DNA from: a virus
Virus record (IMG/VR): IMGVR_UViG_3300025035_000003
Location: 37,226 to 101,225 of that record
DNA: 64,000 bases
Reading direction: 5' to 3' (one strand)
The notes under the pieces: model-generated
What the model was told of the DNA's origin: nothing
Seen by the model: the letters and a program-made list of their open reading frames with translations, nothing else
Databases searched by the model: none
Made by a program: the position numbers and the translations under genes
Part shown: positions 1 through 10,454 of the stretch, piece by piece
How positions within the stretch are numbered: position 1 is the first letter of the stretch
Layout: every line of letters begins with the position of its first letter

Positions 1-132
1 GGTTATAGGTGGACTACACTTGGTCTTAATACTGCTGCTATACCCAAACATGCTTTTCATTAATTCTGAGCCAGTAGCAGGAATCACATTAAAACCTAAT
101 ACTTCACTTAGTACCTCTTTACTTATCATCAT
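1..132 (-). CDS. Hypothetical protein, partial (runs off window start); paralog of 7511..7939
   Basis: ATGA overlap with helicase stop; begins MMISKEVLSEVLG, like MISKELFSEV of 7511..7939; open to position 1. Confidence 0.6.
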   Translation of the reverse strand, partial: MMISKEVLSEVLGFNVIPATGSELMKSMFGYSSSIKTKCSPPIT

Positions 133-1442
133 TTATCCTTCATAGTCCGTGGTGCGTACTCACCAAGACATTTATAGTTACGGTCATGGCCTACGAATAG
201 GTGAACACGTTCAGATGCTCGTGAGATAGCTACGTATAGTATACGTAGGTAGTTATTAATGTTCGATGTGTCCATTATATGCACCAGGTCAGTTACATCT
301 ACAAAGACTTCTGGAACAGTGCTACCTTGAAGTGAGTGACTTGTCGCCGCAAATAAATGATGACAAATACTAAAACTATCTTTAGCAGCGTAGTATTCCT
401 TCCAATTACGTTCGTCTGCTAAGGCTTGTAAGTGGTTCATAAATTGAGTTTTCACCTTTGGAGTATCAATTACACCTTTGTCAGTTAGAAGCGACCAATA
501 AATACCACAATCCATTACATCCTGCACAACACAGATAGCTCTGTTAGGTATAATAGTTTTACCGTCTATGATAATAGGTGATGTAGGTTTAACTATATCC
601 CCAATAGAGTAAGTATCTTCTGATTGTACAATATACTTTTTCACATTAGAATTATATATTTTAACTGTTTTATTCATGAAACACGCAAATACTTTAGATG
701 GTTGAGCTGTGTTACGATATGCTTTCAGAAATTCACAGTGATTAGTATGCACAATTAGATTAGCAGATGTCTCTGGCAATTCTGGAAGTACCTTGCTATT
801 AGCTTCAATAAGTGCACGGATGGTTAGTAGATAAGATGAAATATCCGATCTAGTTGAGTCCTGTCGCATGTTGATAGTTAGCTCATAGCTAGGGTATCTA
901 TCAAGATTAGCTGAGTTAGGAAGTACTAATTGGATAGGGTCACCTACTAGTATTATCTTGGACTTAACACGCGCTTCCTTGAGGTATACCATAAGTTCAG
1001 ATGTAAGCATAGACACTTCATCGCAGATAAGGTACTCAACAGGAGGCCGTTCTTTAGCATTCTCCATTTTGAGTAACCTGTTACCACCATGTCCATCTGG
1101 AACTAAACGCATACCAAGATAAGAGTGAATAGTCATGGCTTCAGTTCTGGATCTGTATTTATCAGGAATCATGTTCTGTAAGGCTGCCACTGATTCATGC
1201 GTAGTACCTGTTAATGCTATAGTGATTTTGTTGTCAAGGCAGTGCTTAATGAATAAAGCAGTTGTATGTGTCTTACCAACACCTGCTCCACCTGTAAGGC
1301 GACAGATATGCGCATCTGAATTAAGCAGTTGTGATAGTACATCTAGTTGGTGGGGTGATGTACCAGAGATGCTCCACTGCTTAGTTGATATTTGTGCTGA
1401 CTTACCAGTTGGTCGTTCGAATACGAATGGCTCAATTTGCAT
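129..1442 (-). CDS. Dda/RecD-like SF1B DNA helicase
   Basis: Walker A GGAGVGKT, TIHSYL, DEVSM, VGDPIQL, TSHSLQGST, YVAISRA. Confidence 0.9.
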   Translation of the reverse strand: MQIEPFVFERPTGKSAQISTKQWSISGTSPHQLDVLSQLLNSDAHICRLTGGAGVGKTHTTALFIKHCLDNKITIALTGTTHESVAALQNMIPDKYRSRTEAMTIHSYLGMRLVPDGHGGNRLLKMENAKERPPVEYLICDEVSMLTSELMVYLKEARVKSKIILVGDPIQLVLPNSANLDRYPSYELTINMRQDSTRSDISSYLLTIRALIEANSKVLPELPETSANLIVHTNHCEFLKAYRNTAQPSKVFACFMNKTVKIYNSNVKKYIVQSEDTYSIGDIVKPTSPIIIDGKTIIPNRAICVVQDVMDCGIYWSLLTDKGVIDTPKVKTQFMNHLQALADERNWKEYYAAKDSFSICHHLFAATSHSLQGSTVPEVFVDVTDLVHIMDTSNINNYLRILYVAISRASERVHLFVGHDRNYKCLGEYAPRTMKDK

Positions 1443-1606
1443 TATGTTCCTTTTGGTTTAAATTCTGCGCAACCGAAGTTTAGCTCTATACTGTGCCCAA
1501 TATTAAATACTGTGCAAGTTTGTTCTTGTTGATGTGCACAGTTAACACAACGAGAGACTTCTAGATCGTTGCACTTAGCTCTGTCGTTCCACCCACGTGC
1601 ATAGGC

Positions 1607-3862
1607 TTACCATGCTCGCACCTGTGATAATAGTGTGTTTTCTAGCCGTTGTTGGTCCATCGGTATCTCCCAATACTCATTTATCTCCTGTAATAGTGCT
1701 ACAATAGAGTCAGTAGGTAGCCCAAGCTCACGGGCATGGTATGCTGCTCTGATTAGGTTACGAGATCCATTATCAACACATTCAAAGGCATATTGAAATG
1801 TACCAAAGCTATTTTCTAGTAACTTCTTCTTCTCTCCATCCGTTAATTCCTTAACTGGACCTGCGGTTACTTGAGCAGCTGCGAATAGTATGTGGTCCTT
1901 GATTTCCAATGGAGATTTATCTGTAACAGATAGTACTTCTCGCCCACCGTAACAGAATAGCACTTGTGCCTGTGGTAATGGATCATGCTGGACACCTAAA
2001 TAAGAGGCTACTGACTTCATGAAATGCTTCCATAAACGAGGCTCGATTTCAAGAGTTGAATCCAATTCCACTGCTAAGTGGTACTTGTAGTTATTATTGT
2101 CATCAGAACCACGTACTAAATGGTGGTTAATATCTTGTAAGATAAAGTGCACAGAGTCAATTGATAATGTAGATGTATCTATGTCGAATAGTAGCCAATT
2201 AGTTGAGTTGATTAGATTCTCCTTTAGGCGTACTCCACCTTCGAAGATATAATTAGATATAGCACAGTTAGTTGACATAGCAATAGATATGTCAGCGAAC
2301 GATGAAGATACGTTCTGATATCCGGATTTAATTATAGATCCAAGATACTGCTTATAATCATCTTTCGCTTTCTTCTGCTTAGCAGCTGGTAACGCATAAA
2401 TAGCTAAGAATTTAGCAGACATGTCATCACGTATCTCCAGGTATGATGTATTGAATGCGCCGAGTTCAGTTTCCTGTGTAGATACAGGTGTGAGGCCCTC
2501 ATAATAAATACCATCTTTAGATGCTGTATAAATGCCATTTACGTCATAGCTGGTTGCAGACTTAGCTAATTCGTTGAGACGGGCTTCTGCTGATGAGCTA
2601 ACATACCCTAGTTTACGTAGGTTATGTATAGATAAAAATGCCTTACCATGTTCAGCTATAGTGTGCATGAAATCAGCGAATTGCTCGTACGATTCCTTGA
2701 TTAGCTCACGTTCAAATAGCATGAGGTCGTTAGCGAATATCTCTAGCGTATTGATCGCTGCTACGTAGTGATGTGGTTCAATCGTTGACGATAAATCATA
2801 GATTGCATACACAGCAGATAGCTTAAGAGCACGCCATTGATAATGCTTACGCGCTATTTCAGATATAGGGTACATCTTAGGTACTAATTCAGATTGTTGT
2901 TCGTTATAGGTTAAGTATGTGTCGAATAAACGTACTGTGGACTGGGAGAGAGTAAGTGGTTTCGTAGTTGTACTAACAACTAAGTTATCTATACGCTTAC
3001 TAAGCACATCCTGTGCAGTTAGTGTAGTTTGCTTAATATCCTCTTCTGCATCAAATTTTGCCTCCATAGATGAGTATGTAGTGATAGGTGTAGGTTCTGG
3101 GTTAAATGAAAAATTCCCCCTACGTGCTAATTGCGCAGTAAATGCTTGCTTAAACTGTTCTTTGACTTTAGGCTCGTAGAGAATAACTGATTCAGTGCCA
3201 AACATTAAAGCACTTACTGGGAAGCCAGTTATTTCACCTACTTGGTTAAGATCATCTTTGACGATTGTTGCAGGTATGTTCCCAAGATCATATGACTTAG
3301 CTAATAGAGTTAGAATTAGAGGCATGTCTTTGTTAGAGAGGAGGTCAGAGCCTACTTCAGATGTACTTATATAACCAGCACCAACGGACCCTTCTGCAAG
3401 CATAGCAAAATGCTGAGTCATTCCCTGGAGTGTACCAAGTTCAGGCATAAGTGGTCGAAGTACACGTAGATACTTATAATAGTTCTCTAGTTCATCTCCA
3501 GAGGCTAATGCTTTCTCCTGGGCAAGGAGTTTAGCATCAGATTCACGTTTAGCTTTGATAGTATCGTAACCAGACTTTAGCGCAATACGTACAGCATTAA
3601 CAGATGAATCCTTAGCATCACCTGAGCGTGCTAGGATAGTGGATATCATATTAGTTGTAACTATCGATTTAGGGTCAAATTGGATAGGTTTACGTAGGTG
3701 TGAAGCGAATGTAGTAAGCTCAGATATGGCAATAGCTATCTTCATTTTATGTTTAGCTTTAGTATTTATACATGCGACTGCATCTTGCACTATTGCTGGT
3801 ATTTGTGGAACTAACGCTCCTTTCTCACGAAGGTATTGCTCCTCCATTGTTATCTGACTCAT
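1607..3862 (-). CDS. Putative helicase-primase: N-terminal DUF3987-like P-loop domain, C-terminal AEP-primase/PriCT-like region
   Basis: ARSGDAKDS P-loop-like motif; C-terminal LLFDID (DxD), HHLVRGSD..KYH, GSRN helical tail; located between DNA polymerase and helicase. Confidence 0.55.
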   Translation of the reverse strand: MSQITMEEQYLREKGALVPQIPAIVQDAVACINTKAKHKMKIAIAISELTTFASHLRKPIQFDPKSIVTTNMISTILARSGDAKDSSVNAVRIALKSGYDTIKAKRESDAKLLAQEKALASGDELENYYKYLRVLRPLMPELGTLQGMTQHFAMLAEGSVGAGYISTSEVGSDLLSNKDMPLILTLLAKSYDLGNIPATIVKDDLNQVGEITGFPVSALMFGTESVILYEPKVKEQFKQAFTAQLARRGNFSFNPEPTPITTYSSMEAKFDAEEDIKQTTLTAQDVLSKRIDNLVVSTTTKPLTLSQSTVRLFDTYLTYNEQQSELVPKMYPISEIARKHYQWRALKLSAVYAIYDLSSTIEPHHYVAAINTLEIFANDLMLFERELIKESYEQFADFMHTIAEHGKAFLSIHNLRKLGYVSSSAEARLNELAKSATSYDVNGIYTASKDGIYYEGLTPVSTQETELGAFNTSYLEIRDDMSAKFLAIYALPAAKQKKAKDDYKQYLGSIIKSGYQNVSSSFADISIAMSTNCAISNYIFEGGVRLKENLINSTNWLLFDIDTSTLSIDSVHFILQDINHHLVRGSDDNNNYKYHLAVELDSTLEIEPRLWKHFMKSVASYLGVQHDPLPQAQVLFCYGGREVLSVTDKSPLEIKDHILFAAAQVTAGPVKELTDGEKKKLLENSFGTFQYAFECVDNGSRNLIRAAYHARELGLPTDSIVALLQEINEYWEIPMDQQRLENTLLSQVRAW

Positions 3863-3872
3863 GTATACCCTT

Positions 3873-4187
3873 TTATTTATCTGTTGTTAGTAATATATCT
3901 TTAGAAACAGTAAAAGGTACCCCTACTCTTTCTGAATCTGTGTATTTAGATTTAGATACTCCCCATGCTCCGGACTTAGCCCACCCATGTGAATGTGTAG
4001 CATCATTTGGATCTTGCGCTAATGTCGCCTTTTTGTATAATTGTAATAAACTATCTTTTAGCTCATTTACTGTTGGAAAACAAATATCATTATTAACTAG
4101 TATGCGCCAGTTTAGTATTTCCATTTCTTTAGCTACTGCTTCAAAACCTATTGACTCGAGTGCTTCTTCTATTGTTGTAAATTGCAT
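3873..4187 (-). CDS. Hypothetical protein
   Basis: ORF with AAGGA RBS in minus-strand operon. Confidence 0.7.
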   Translation of the reverse strand: MQFTTIEEALESIGFEAVAKEMEILNWRILVNNDICFPTVNELKDSLLQLYKKATLAQDPNDATHSHGWAKSGAWGVSKSKYTDSERVGVPFTVSKDILLTTDK

Positions 4188-4200
4188 GCGTGTATTCCTT

Positions 4201-4488
4201 TTATTTGTAATAGCTGTTGAATTTAGCTAGTGTGATGTTGTAATTAGTATCTAAGTTAAAACAATTATACCCTGTGTCTATTAGATTTTTCAATCTAGCG
4301 TATAGTCCTATATAGTTTTGACCTTTCACATCGTCTTGTAAAAAAGTAGTATCTTCATTCCAAGCAAAATTGCCTATACTACGTAAGTATGTTAATGTTG
4401 CTAAGTCCTTGTCATCATCTGTTTTCACCAGATTGTGTGTATTACAATCTGGACCATTTTCTGAGTGGAATATTAATAATTGTTCCAT
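4201..4488 (-). CDS. Hypothetical protein
   Basis: ORF with AAAGG RBS in operon. Confidence 0.7.
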   Translation of the reverse strand: MEQLLIFHSENGPDCNTHNLVKTDDDKDLATLTYLRSIGNFAWNEDTTFLQDDVKGQNYIGLYARLKNLIDTGYNCFNLDTNYNITLAKFNSYYK

Positions 4489-4517
4489 GGTATACCCTTT
4501 TGATTAATTAATTAATT

Positions 4518-4604
4518 ATAAACTTACTAGAACTTCTACTCAACTACAGGTGCAGTAGTTACAAGCTATCCCACTCTGGGTTTGTAGAAGTTCTATAAGC
4601 TTAT
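4518..4604 (-). ncRNA. Putative structured RNA (long closing stem, two inner hairpins)
   Basis: TAGAACTTCTAC 4528-4539 / GTAGAAGTTCTA 4584-4595 enclosing AACTAC..GTAGTT and CCCA..TGGG. Confidence 0.35.
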
Positions 4605-4683
4605 TTGTTGGGGCAAGTAATTGTTGCTTGCCGTACTACTTAATAACCGGGCTACATGTTTACCGGAACCTCTATGTTTATTT

Positions 4684-6030
4684 CTAATGTACGTCGTACT
4701 GTGTTAAACCTATCTTTGGCTTACCATGTACATGATAAGTTAATCCTAGTGCAATAGATGCTTTAGAGAAACCTGCAGATAGTATATCACATATAGCAGG
4801 AGCATTATCAGGCATTGCTTCTATATTAACAGCATCATGAATATTAGCGACATACCCAAAGTCTCTACCATGTATAAATCCTGCTGCAAGTAACTCTCTG
4901 TTAATTACTACTAGATAGTACTTCATAAAGATAGCACCTGCATGTTGTAATAAAAGATTGCCTGCAGAATGAGGTGAGCGAGCTTCTAGATGATGACCAT
5001 ATAAACCTTTTAGTTTATTAGCTTTAGCTAGCTTTTTAGTATTCTCTAGGAAGTCTTTAAGGCCTGCTGTTTTAGCTAAGAAGCTGTTAGCTGTTTGTGT
5101 CCCAAATATTGTTTGCAGGATTAATGTCTCAGTATATGGGATTAGTTTATCTTTAGCTATTGGAAATAGTTGTTTACCATCTATAGTAGTCAATCGTTTT
5201 TCAACACTTTTCTTTGCAGTATCATACTCAGCTTGTGTATAAACTAAGTTGTTAGCAGTTGTATTTGTCCATAGTCCCCAACCTATTCTAGTATTACCAG
5301 ACCCATACAAATATCCATAAATAAACGTCTTCGCTAGATCTCGAGTTGGTAAGCCAGTTGCTCGCTGATTGATTGAGTGAATATCAGTTGGTGGTGACGC
5401 ATCTTTATCCCCTGAATCAACTGATTGTGCATAGAAATAGTTATCATATGGCCCTAAATAATGACCAAGCATAACTAACTCAAGTGCATCCGCATCTACA
5501 TCAATTAATACTTTTCCGGGTGCAGCTCGCATTAACTCACGAAATTCCTTTGATTTAGGTATCTGTGTAATATTTGGGGAGGAATGACTCATACGGCCTG
5601 TATTAGTTCCGAGTGTGTCAACATTTCCTCTAAAACGATTATCAGATGGAAGAAGTTTTAATAATGAATTATCCCCTTCTGATAATTGACCAAGGTCTTT
5701 CACTACTTTCAGGTAACGTTTAAGATCATCAGCATCACTAAGTTGCATCTCTGCTAATGTATCTGCATCAACCTTTGGACTACCGTTAGCTGTAAAGATA
5801 GTAGGTTCCCAATTATAATACTTCTTCATCCAACGTACTATTTTCTGCCGTGAACCAGGTTCAAATGCTACGTACTTAAGCGGACAATACTCACCTTCGA
5901 AGTACTGGTATACAAAACGCAGTGGGAATACTGACCATTTGATTGGTTTAGATGGTAGTTTGATTTTACCATTCTTGTAGTAAGTGTACTGATATAGCGG
6001 GCTAGGTTGCTGTAAGTTAAGATACCACAT
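4684..6030 (-). CDS. T7-like family A DNA polymerase, C-terminal polymerase part
   Basis: FEPGSRQKI (T7 FNPSSRDHI), TNTGRMSHSSPN, motif A DVDADALEL, motif B RDLAKTFIYGYLYG (Tyr at T7 526 position), motif C IHDA. Confidence 0.92.
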   Translation of the reverse strand: MWYLNLQQPSPLYQYTYYKNGKIKLPSKPIKWSVFPLRFVYQYFEGEYCPLKYVAFEPGSRQKIVRWMKKYYNWEPTIFTANGSPKVDADTLAEMQLSDADDLKRYLKVVKDLGQLSEGDNSLLKLLPSDNRFRGNVDTLGTNTGRMSHSSPNITQIPKSKEFRELMRAAPGKVLIDVDADALELVMLGHYLGPYDNYFYAQSVDSGDKDASPPTDIHSINQRATGLPTRDLAKTFIYGYLYGSGNTRIGWGLWTNTTANNLVYTQAEYDTAKKSVEKRLTTIDGKQLFPIAKDKLIPYTETLILQTIFGTQTANSFLAKTAGLKDFLENTKKLAKANKLKGLYGHHLEARSPHSAGNLLLQHAGAIFMKYYLVVINRELLAAGFIHGRDFGYVANIHDAVNIEAMPDNAPAICDILSAGFSKASIALGLTYHVHGKPKIGLTQYDVH

Positions 6031-6256
6031 TTATTTATTTATCTCACGTATAGTATTTAATGCTTTAGTTCGTAAACAATGTTCAGGATGTGAAATATCT
6101 TGCATAGTTTTAGCGGATTCATTTTTGTTATAACTTGTTCTACTTCCACATAATGGGCAAAGTGAATAATAAGGCCCATTACTATCATCATCTTCTAATG
6201 GTTTGAATGTTTCGTCAAACTCTTCTACTGTGTACATGTCTTTATATGTTGTCATT
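6031..6256 (-). CDS. Small Zn-finger-like protein between the two DNA polymerase halves
   Basis: CPLCG..H...C; likely start MTTYKD after GGAGG RBS (ORF track 6031..6276); start coordinate approximate. Confidence 0.6.
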
Positions 6257-6629
6257 TTATTTCCTCCACGTTCCAACCATATGTAAAATCAAGTTCATTG
6301 CTAATTTGATCACCTGCCCAGTAGTCCATATCTGCTCCACTATTGTATAGCTGCTTGGCTTTAGTTATTGCTTCGTATGGTGAGGATGCTTCGACATCTA
6401 GATTAGCAAATTGTGCTTCCGTTACTAAGAATTCAGGGCGAACTCGATACTTATGAAGTGGGTGGGTACTAGCTATTTCCTGCTTGCATGTGTTTAATTC
6501 TGCTAATAGCTTAGGATCAGTGAACCCTTTCTCGACTACAGTGTGGAGTGCTTCTGTGAGATGCTTGATGCGTACGTTGAGTCGCTTGTTCTTTGCTTTA
6601 TTCCGCCTAGCTGATAGTGAACGTGCCAT
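6252..6629 (-). CDS. Hypothetical protein between the two DNA polymerase halves
   Basis: ORF with GAGGA RBS, basic N-terminus. Confidence 0.7.
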   Translation of the reverse strand: MARSLSARRNKAKNKRLNVRIKHLTEALHTVVEKGFTDPKLLAELNTCKQEIASTHPLHKYRVRPEFLVTEAQFANLDVEASSPYEAITKAKQLYNSGADMDYWAGDQISNELDFTYGWNVEEIK

Positions 6630-6632
6630 TGG

Positions 6633-7514
6633 TTAATCCTCGTCTGGGTCTGCATCTGGTTGAGATAGTAGTGCGTTGTTTAGTGTAGTAGGTCCTCGCC
6701 ATACCCAGTATCCCCCTGTGAAATATGGATTATACAGCCAAGTCCTTACTTTACGTGCCTTAGCAGGAAGTTGCGTATGCGGGAATGCTACTATTTTCGG
6801 CAAATACATAGGCTTGTACTTAGCTAGTAAACTACGTTTTATAGTTAGTTGTTCATATAACAATGAATCACGTAATGCTTCAGCTTTTTGCTTATCAAAG
6901 TAGAAGCCATATTGTATTTGCTGTTGAATAATAGATGCAGTTTCCATCTCAATATTAATAACATGCTGCTCAGGATAATTAGGTCGAGTAAGTAATAATT
7001 TATACAGATCACGAGTTACTTCAACGTCCTGTTTATTGTATATACACATTTCTTCTGATAAGTGTGACCAGTCGTGGAAATCAATCTTCTCGTTACCAAG
7101 ACGTAATCCAAATGCTTCTAATCCAAATGATCCTTGTAATTGACGTATAGATGAATCAAGGCTAATATCCCACCCTAATGATTTATCAATCAGTAGTAAG
7201 GCATCTTTTGTATATACTAGTTTAGATAATAATAATGTATCAAGTTGTTTAGCTACTAATGGAATACCAGATATTTGCTCAATGACTGGTTTATCAAATT
7301 TGATTGAATTATGTCCTATATTAATTTCACATGAATTAAGTATATTAATGCCTTCTAGTATTGAACCATCTGAGTATGAGGTTGGTTGAGATGTGAATAC
7401 TTGTGGCTCATCGTCGTTGATTGCTATAGCTAATGAGTGTACGGTATTGATTGTACGTTGGCCTTCTAGTCGGTCAATTCTTGGTGTTTCAATGTCAAAG
7501 TAGGCTACGCTCAT
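6633..7514 (-). CDS. T7-like DNA polymerase, N-terminal 3'-5' exonuclease and thumb part
   Basis: ExoI FDIET, ExoII GHNSIKFD, LDTL, ExoIII YNKQDV, GFYFD; likely start MSVAYFD overlapping the upstream stop. Confidence 0.88.
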   Translation of the reverse strand: MSVAYFDIETPRIDRLEGQRTINTVHSLAIAINDDEPQVFTSQPTSYSDGSILEGINILNSCEINIGHNSIKFDKPVIEQISGIPLVAKQLDTLLLSKLVYTKDALLLIDKSLGWDISLDSSIRQLQGSFGLEAFGLRLGNEKIDFHDWSHLSEEMCIYNKQDVEVTRDLYKLLLTRPNYPEQHVINIEMETASIIQQQIQYGFYFDKQKAEALRDSLLYEQLTIKRSLLAKYKPMYLPKIVAFPHTQLPAKARKVRTWLYNPYFTGGYWVWRGPTTLNNALLSQPDADPDED

Positions 7515-7939
7515 TTGTTGTCCAATACCCATTGGCAAGCCGCAAAGATTGCTTCTGGCTCTGTGTCTGCTGTAAAACCTTCTACTAATTCTTGTGGGTC
7601 TTTCAGAGTTATAATGTTGTGTGTTAATATGTGTGCGTATGCTTTTCTTTCTAAATGCCCAAAGTCAGGATTACCATTGTTACTTTGAATATACCAAGAA
7701 CCATACCCACATCCAATAGACGTATAATTGACAAACCATTCTTTACATTTATGAGCTAGTTCATAGATATTAATTTCACCATCGTACATAAGGGAAGTTT
7801 TTAGTATGCAACCATTGCTAAAGTTATACCTAATTAAGTTGTCTTCAACTTTAATCCTAACAATAGGTACTAAATACATAGCACCATTGAACTCTTCTTG
7901 GTTATTGATAACTTCACTAAATAATTCTTTACTTATCAT
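7511..7939 (-). CDS. Conserved phage hypothetical protein
   Basis: INIYELAHKCKEW and EPEAIFAACQW motifs; translationally coupled. Confidence 0.7.
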   Translation of the reverse strand: MISKELFSEVINNQEEFNGAMYLVPIVRIKVEDNLIRYNFSNGCILKTSLMYDGEINIYELAHKCKEWFVNYTSIGCGYGSWYIQSNNGNPDFGHLERKAYAHILTHNIITLKDPQELVEGFTADTEPEAIFAACQWVLDNK

Positions 7940-9407
7940 TGTTTATCTCTCTGTATTTATTTAAAAATTTAGCATTATGCAGTTCATAGCGATGTCTAGT
8001 AGCTGCAATGTAGCAGAGTTTAAGTGTTTCTATTTCCTCTAGGGTTCTATCTTCAGGTGGAATAATTAACACTTTAGACACTGCTATATTTATATCGTCG
8101 TCTAATGTAACAGAGTCTAGCGTTAAACCCTTGCTTGTGTGTGCGGTCATCAACACGTGTGGCGCATTAGACTTAACATGTGAATCAGCTGCTGTATATG
8201 CTGTTAACACCTCTTGTGGCGAGTACTTCATCAGTAAAGTATTTGCTGCTTGAATGGCTTTGTTAAACTCATTCTGCCGCAGTACGTATGTACGAAGAGA
8301 GTACGTAGCCTGTAATGTAGCGGAACGCCCCCATTCATCTGCATCGGCTTGTAAATGCTTCAGATTTTGGTTATACTGTGTATTGCCTGGTTTAAGGTAG
8401 ATAAGTGCTAATGGCCATAGGAATAGCTGAGCTACCTTTGTCTTTGACGACAGGCGAAATGGTACACCTTGTGATTCCAGTTCGATCATTTGTGCGATTA
8501 GTGCCGAGTTCGTACGAGTAATATATGCGCTAGTACCTATCTTGTAGTTAGATGGATATTGCATTCCTTCAAATACCATGTCAGGTGCGAATGTGTCTCT
8601 ACAGAATGCTTGTACAAGTTTAGCATCCTCTTCATTAACACGGAAGGACTTAGATAATGTTAGATGTAATCCTTGGCCCTTATAGTAGTCAAAGGCAGAT
8701 ACTAAGTTCATAAAGCCAAATACGGATTGATTAGAGTCCCCTATAATGATTTTTAGCTTAGCAGGAGATTTATTGAATATGTCTAATGAAATTTGTGTCA
8801 TATCCCCTGCTTCGTCTGCAATGAGTATATCAAGTTCAGGAAGAATTATTGTTCCATTCATAACTAGAATGTGGTATAGTTTAAGATAAAACGAGTGTGT
8901 TGTATTTATTTTACCATTTGCAATTAATTCCAGTATAGTATTGACTGCTTTATACATAGGTGCTGACATTTTCTCTGATAGAGAATGTGAGTATTGGCGC
9001 AAAGATGTGTACTCCGAGATACAAAAATCATCCACATATCGGATTGCATCTGATACTAAGCGTGTTGGTATCTTAGCTGATTTAGGTATATCACGCCATG
9101 TAATGTAGTCGACTATAGGTAGTTTAAGCCCATATTCCTTGAGAGTCGCCCTAGCAGCTTTCTTGTGTATGTTCATAGCTTTGCAGGTATGCCCAAATTC
9201 GATTGATGCTTCTGTTGCATTAGCCGCACCAAATACGGTGTATTCTGCTTTAAGGTCAGGCTTGATTTTATGCCAACGTTTGATTGCTTCTGTGACAGAG
9301 GATGATTTCGCTGAACCTGCTACTGCTTCTACTATGATGATTGGTGAAGCTTGTGTTAGTACTGCCTCAAAAAATACTTCTTGTTCATCTGTCCATATAT
9401 GTCGCAT
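7929..9407 (-). CDS. UvrD/Rep-like SF1A helicase
   Basis: AVAGSAKS, DEAGD, IGDSNQ, LSKSFR, MTAHTSKGL, YIAATR. Confidence 0.88.
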   Translation of the reverse strand: MRHIWTDEQEVFFEAVLTQASPIIIVEAVAGSAKSSSVTEAIKRWHKIKPDLKAEYTVFGAANATEASIEFGHTCKAMNIHKKAARATLKEYGLKLPIVDYITWRDIPKSAKIPTRLVSDAIRYVDDFCISEYTSLRQYSHSLSEKMSAPMYKAVNTILELIANGKINTTHSFYLKLYHILVMNGTIILPELDILIADEAGDMTQISLDIFNKSPAKLKIIIGDSNQSVFGFMNLVSAFDYYKGQGLHLTLSKSFRVNEEDAKLVQAFCRDTFAPDMVFEGMQYPSNYKIGTSAYITRTNSALIAQMIELESQGVPFRLSSKTKVAQLFLWPLALIYLKPGNTQYNQNLKHLQADADEWGRSATLQATYSLRTYVLRQNEFNKAIQAANTLLMKYSPQEVLTAYTAADSHVKSNAPHVLMTAHTSKGLTLDSVTLDDDINIAVSKVLIIPPEDRTLEEIETLKLCYIAATRHRYELHNAKFLNKYREINNDK

Positions 9408-9409
9408 GG

Positions 9410-10435
9410 CTAGTAAGGTATTTCGTCAAAGTCATAGACGAGATTCATTGCTTCTAATTTAGTTAATGGAATAAAATCTTCTAAGTTACTAAATTTATTT
9501 AGCACATCTATTTTACCAGTAACTACATGTCTACATAAAATACCGTCTGAAGGTATTAAATGAATATCCCATATGAATTTAGTGGGTATTACCTCTTGTA
9601 CTAATGTGTAATTAGATAGTAAGATTTGTATTAACATGCAATTCGGTACTACAATCTGCTTGCTATTATTATCAGATACCCATATTACTTCACCATATGG
9701 TGACGAAGATATAGCTTGCACAGTTACTTGTAACGTGTGCTTATTATGTGTCCATTTAGAACCAATTTCAACTAATGGTCGAGGCGCAGCTGTTATTGTA
9801 GTTGTAGCCTCTATTTCTATGGGTTGTATTGCTTTAGCCACTATAGGCTTATACGCTTCAAGTTGTTGCACTTGAAGTACTGGTAGGATATTATCTATAC
9901 TTAATAGCTGAAAAGTTCCTCTAATGTTGTGTTTCTTAACATTGATTGTAATGTACCTGTTATGTATTTCATGTCTGCGGTTTACTAAGTTGGATGGAAC
10001 AGCTACTCTATAGATTGTATCTGATTGTCGCGCTCTAATTAGCATAGAAGGAAATTCAACATTTAGATCCCAAATATGACATGCTACCACTGTGCTATCC
10101 GTGTATGGTAGGTCTATATAGGATGTTACATAGTCTACAGTACTGGTAGCTGTGGTATCTGCTTCAGATATTATAGAAATGAAGTGCTTATTGGCTGGTG
10201 CATAAAATTCAATTTCAGCGCTATATTTAATACCTATTTGAGGATTAGCTTCTCGCCAACGTTTACCTACTGGCTTATTAATACGATATTGAGCTGTATC
10301 TGAATAGGCAGCTTCAATTTCAACAATTAGTTCTGTGTTACCAAACCCGTTCAACTCTTCACCTAAAATAGTGAGAGTAAAATTGGTCGGATAGTAAGTT
10401 GCTAGCTGCGCTATTGGTGTTAATGGTATTGTCAT
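9410..10435 (-). CDS. Hypothetical protein directly downstream of retron ncRNA array
   Basis: 341-aa ORF with AAGGA RBS; no recognisable motif. Confidence 0.7.
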   Translation of the reverse strand: MTIPLTPIAQLATYYPTNFTLTILGEELNGFGNTELIVEIEAAYSDTAQYRINKPVGKRWREANPQIGIKYSAEIEFYAPANKHFISIISEADTTATSTVDYVTSYIDLPYTDSTVVACHIWDLNVEFPSMLIRARQSDTIYRVAVPSNLVNRRHEIHNRYITINVKKHNIRGTFQLLSIDNILPVLQVQQLEAYKPIVAKAIQPIEIEATTTITAAPRPLVEIGSKWTHNKHTLQVTVQAISSSPYGEVIWVSDNNSKQIVVPNCMLIQILLSNYTLVQEVIPTKFIWDIHLIPSDGILCRHVVTGKIDVLNKFSNLEDFIPLTKLEAMNLVYDFDEIPY

Positions 10436-10454
10436 GGTTATTCCTTGTGTGAAT

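Noticed and set aside
1442-1606. Readthrough extension of the primase gene
   Set aside because: A Cys-rich 54-codon frame with no start codon after TAA; more likely a gene remnant.
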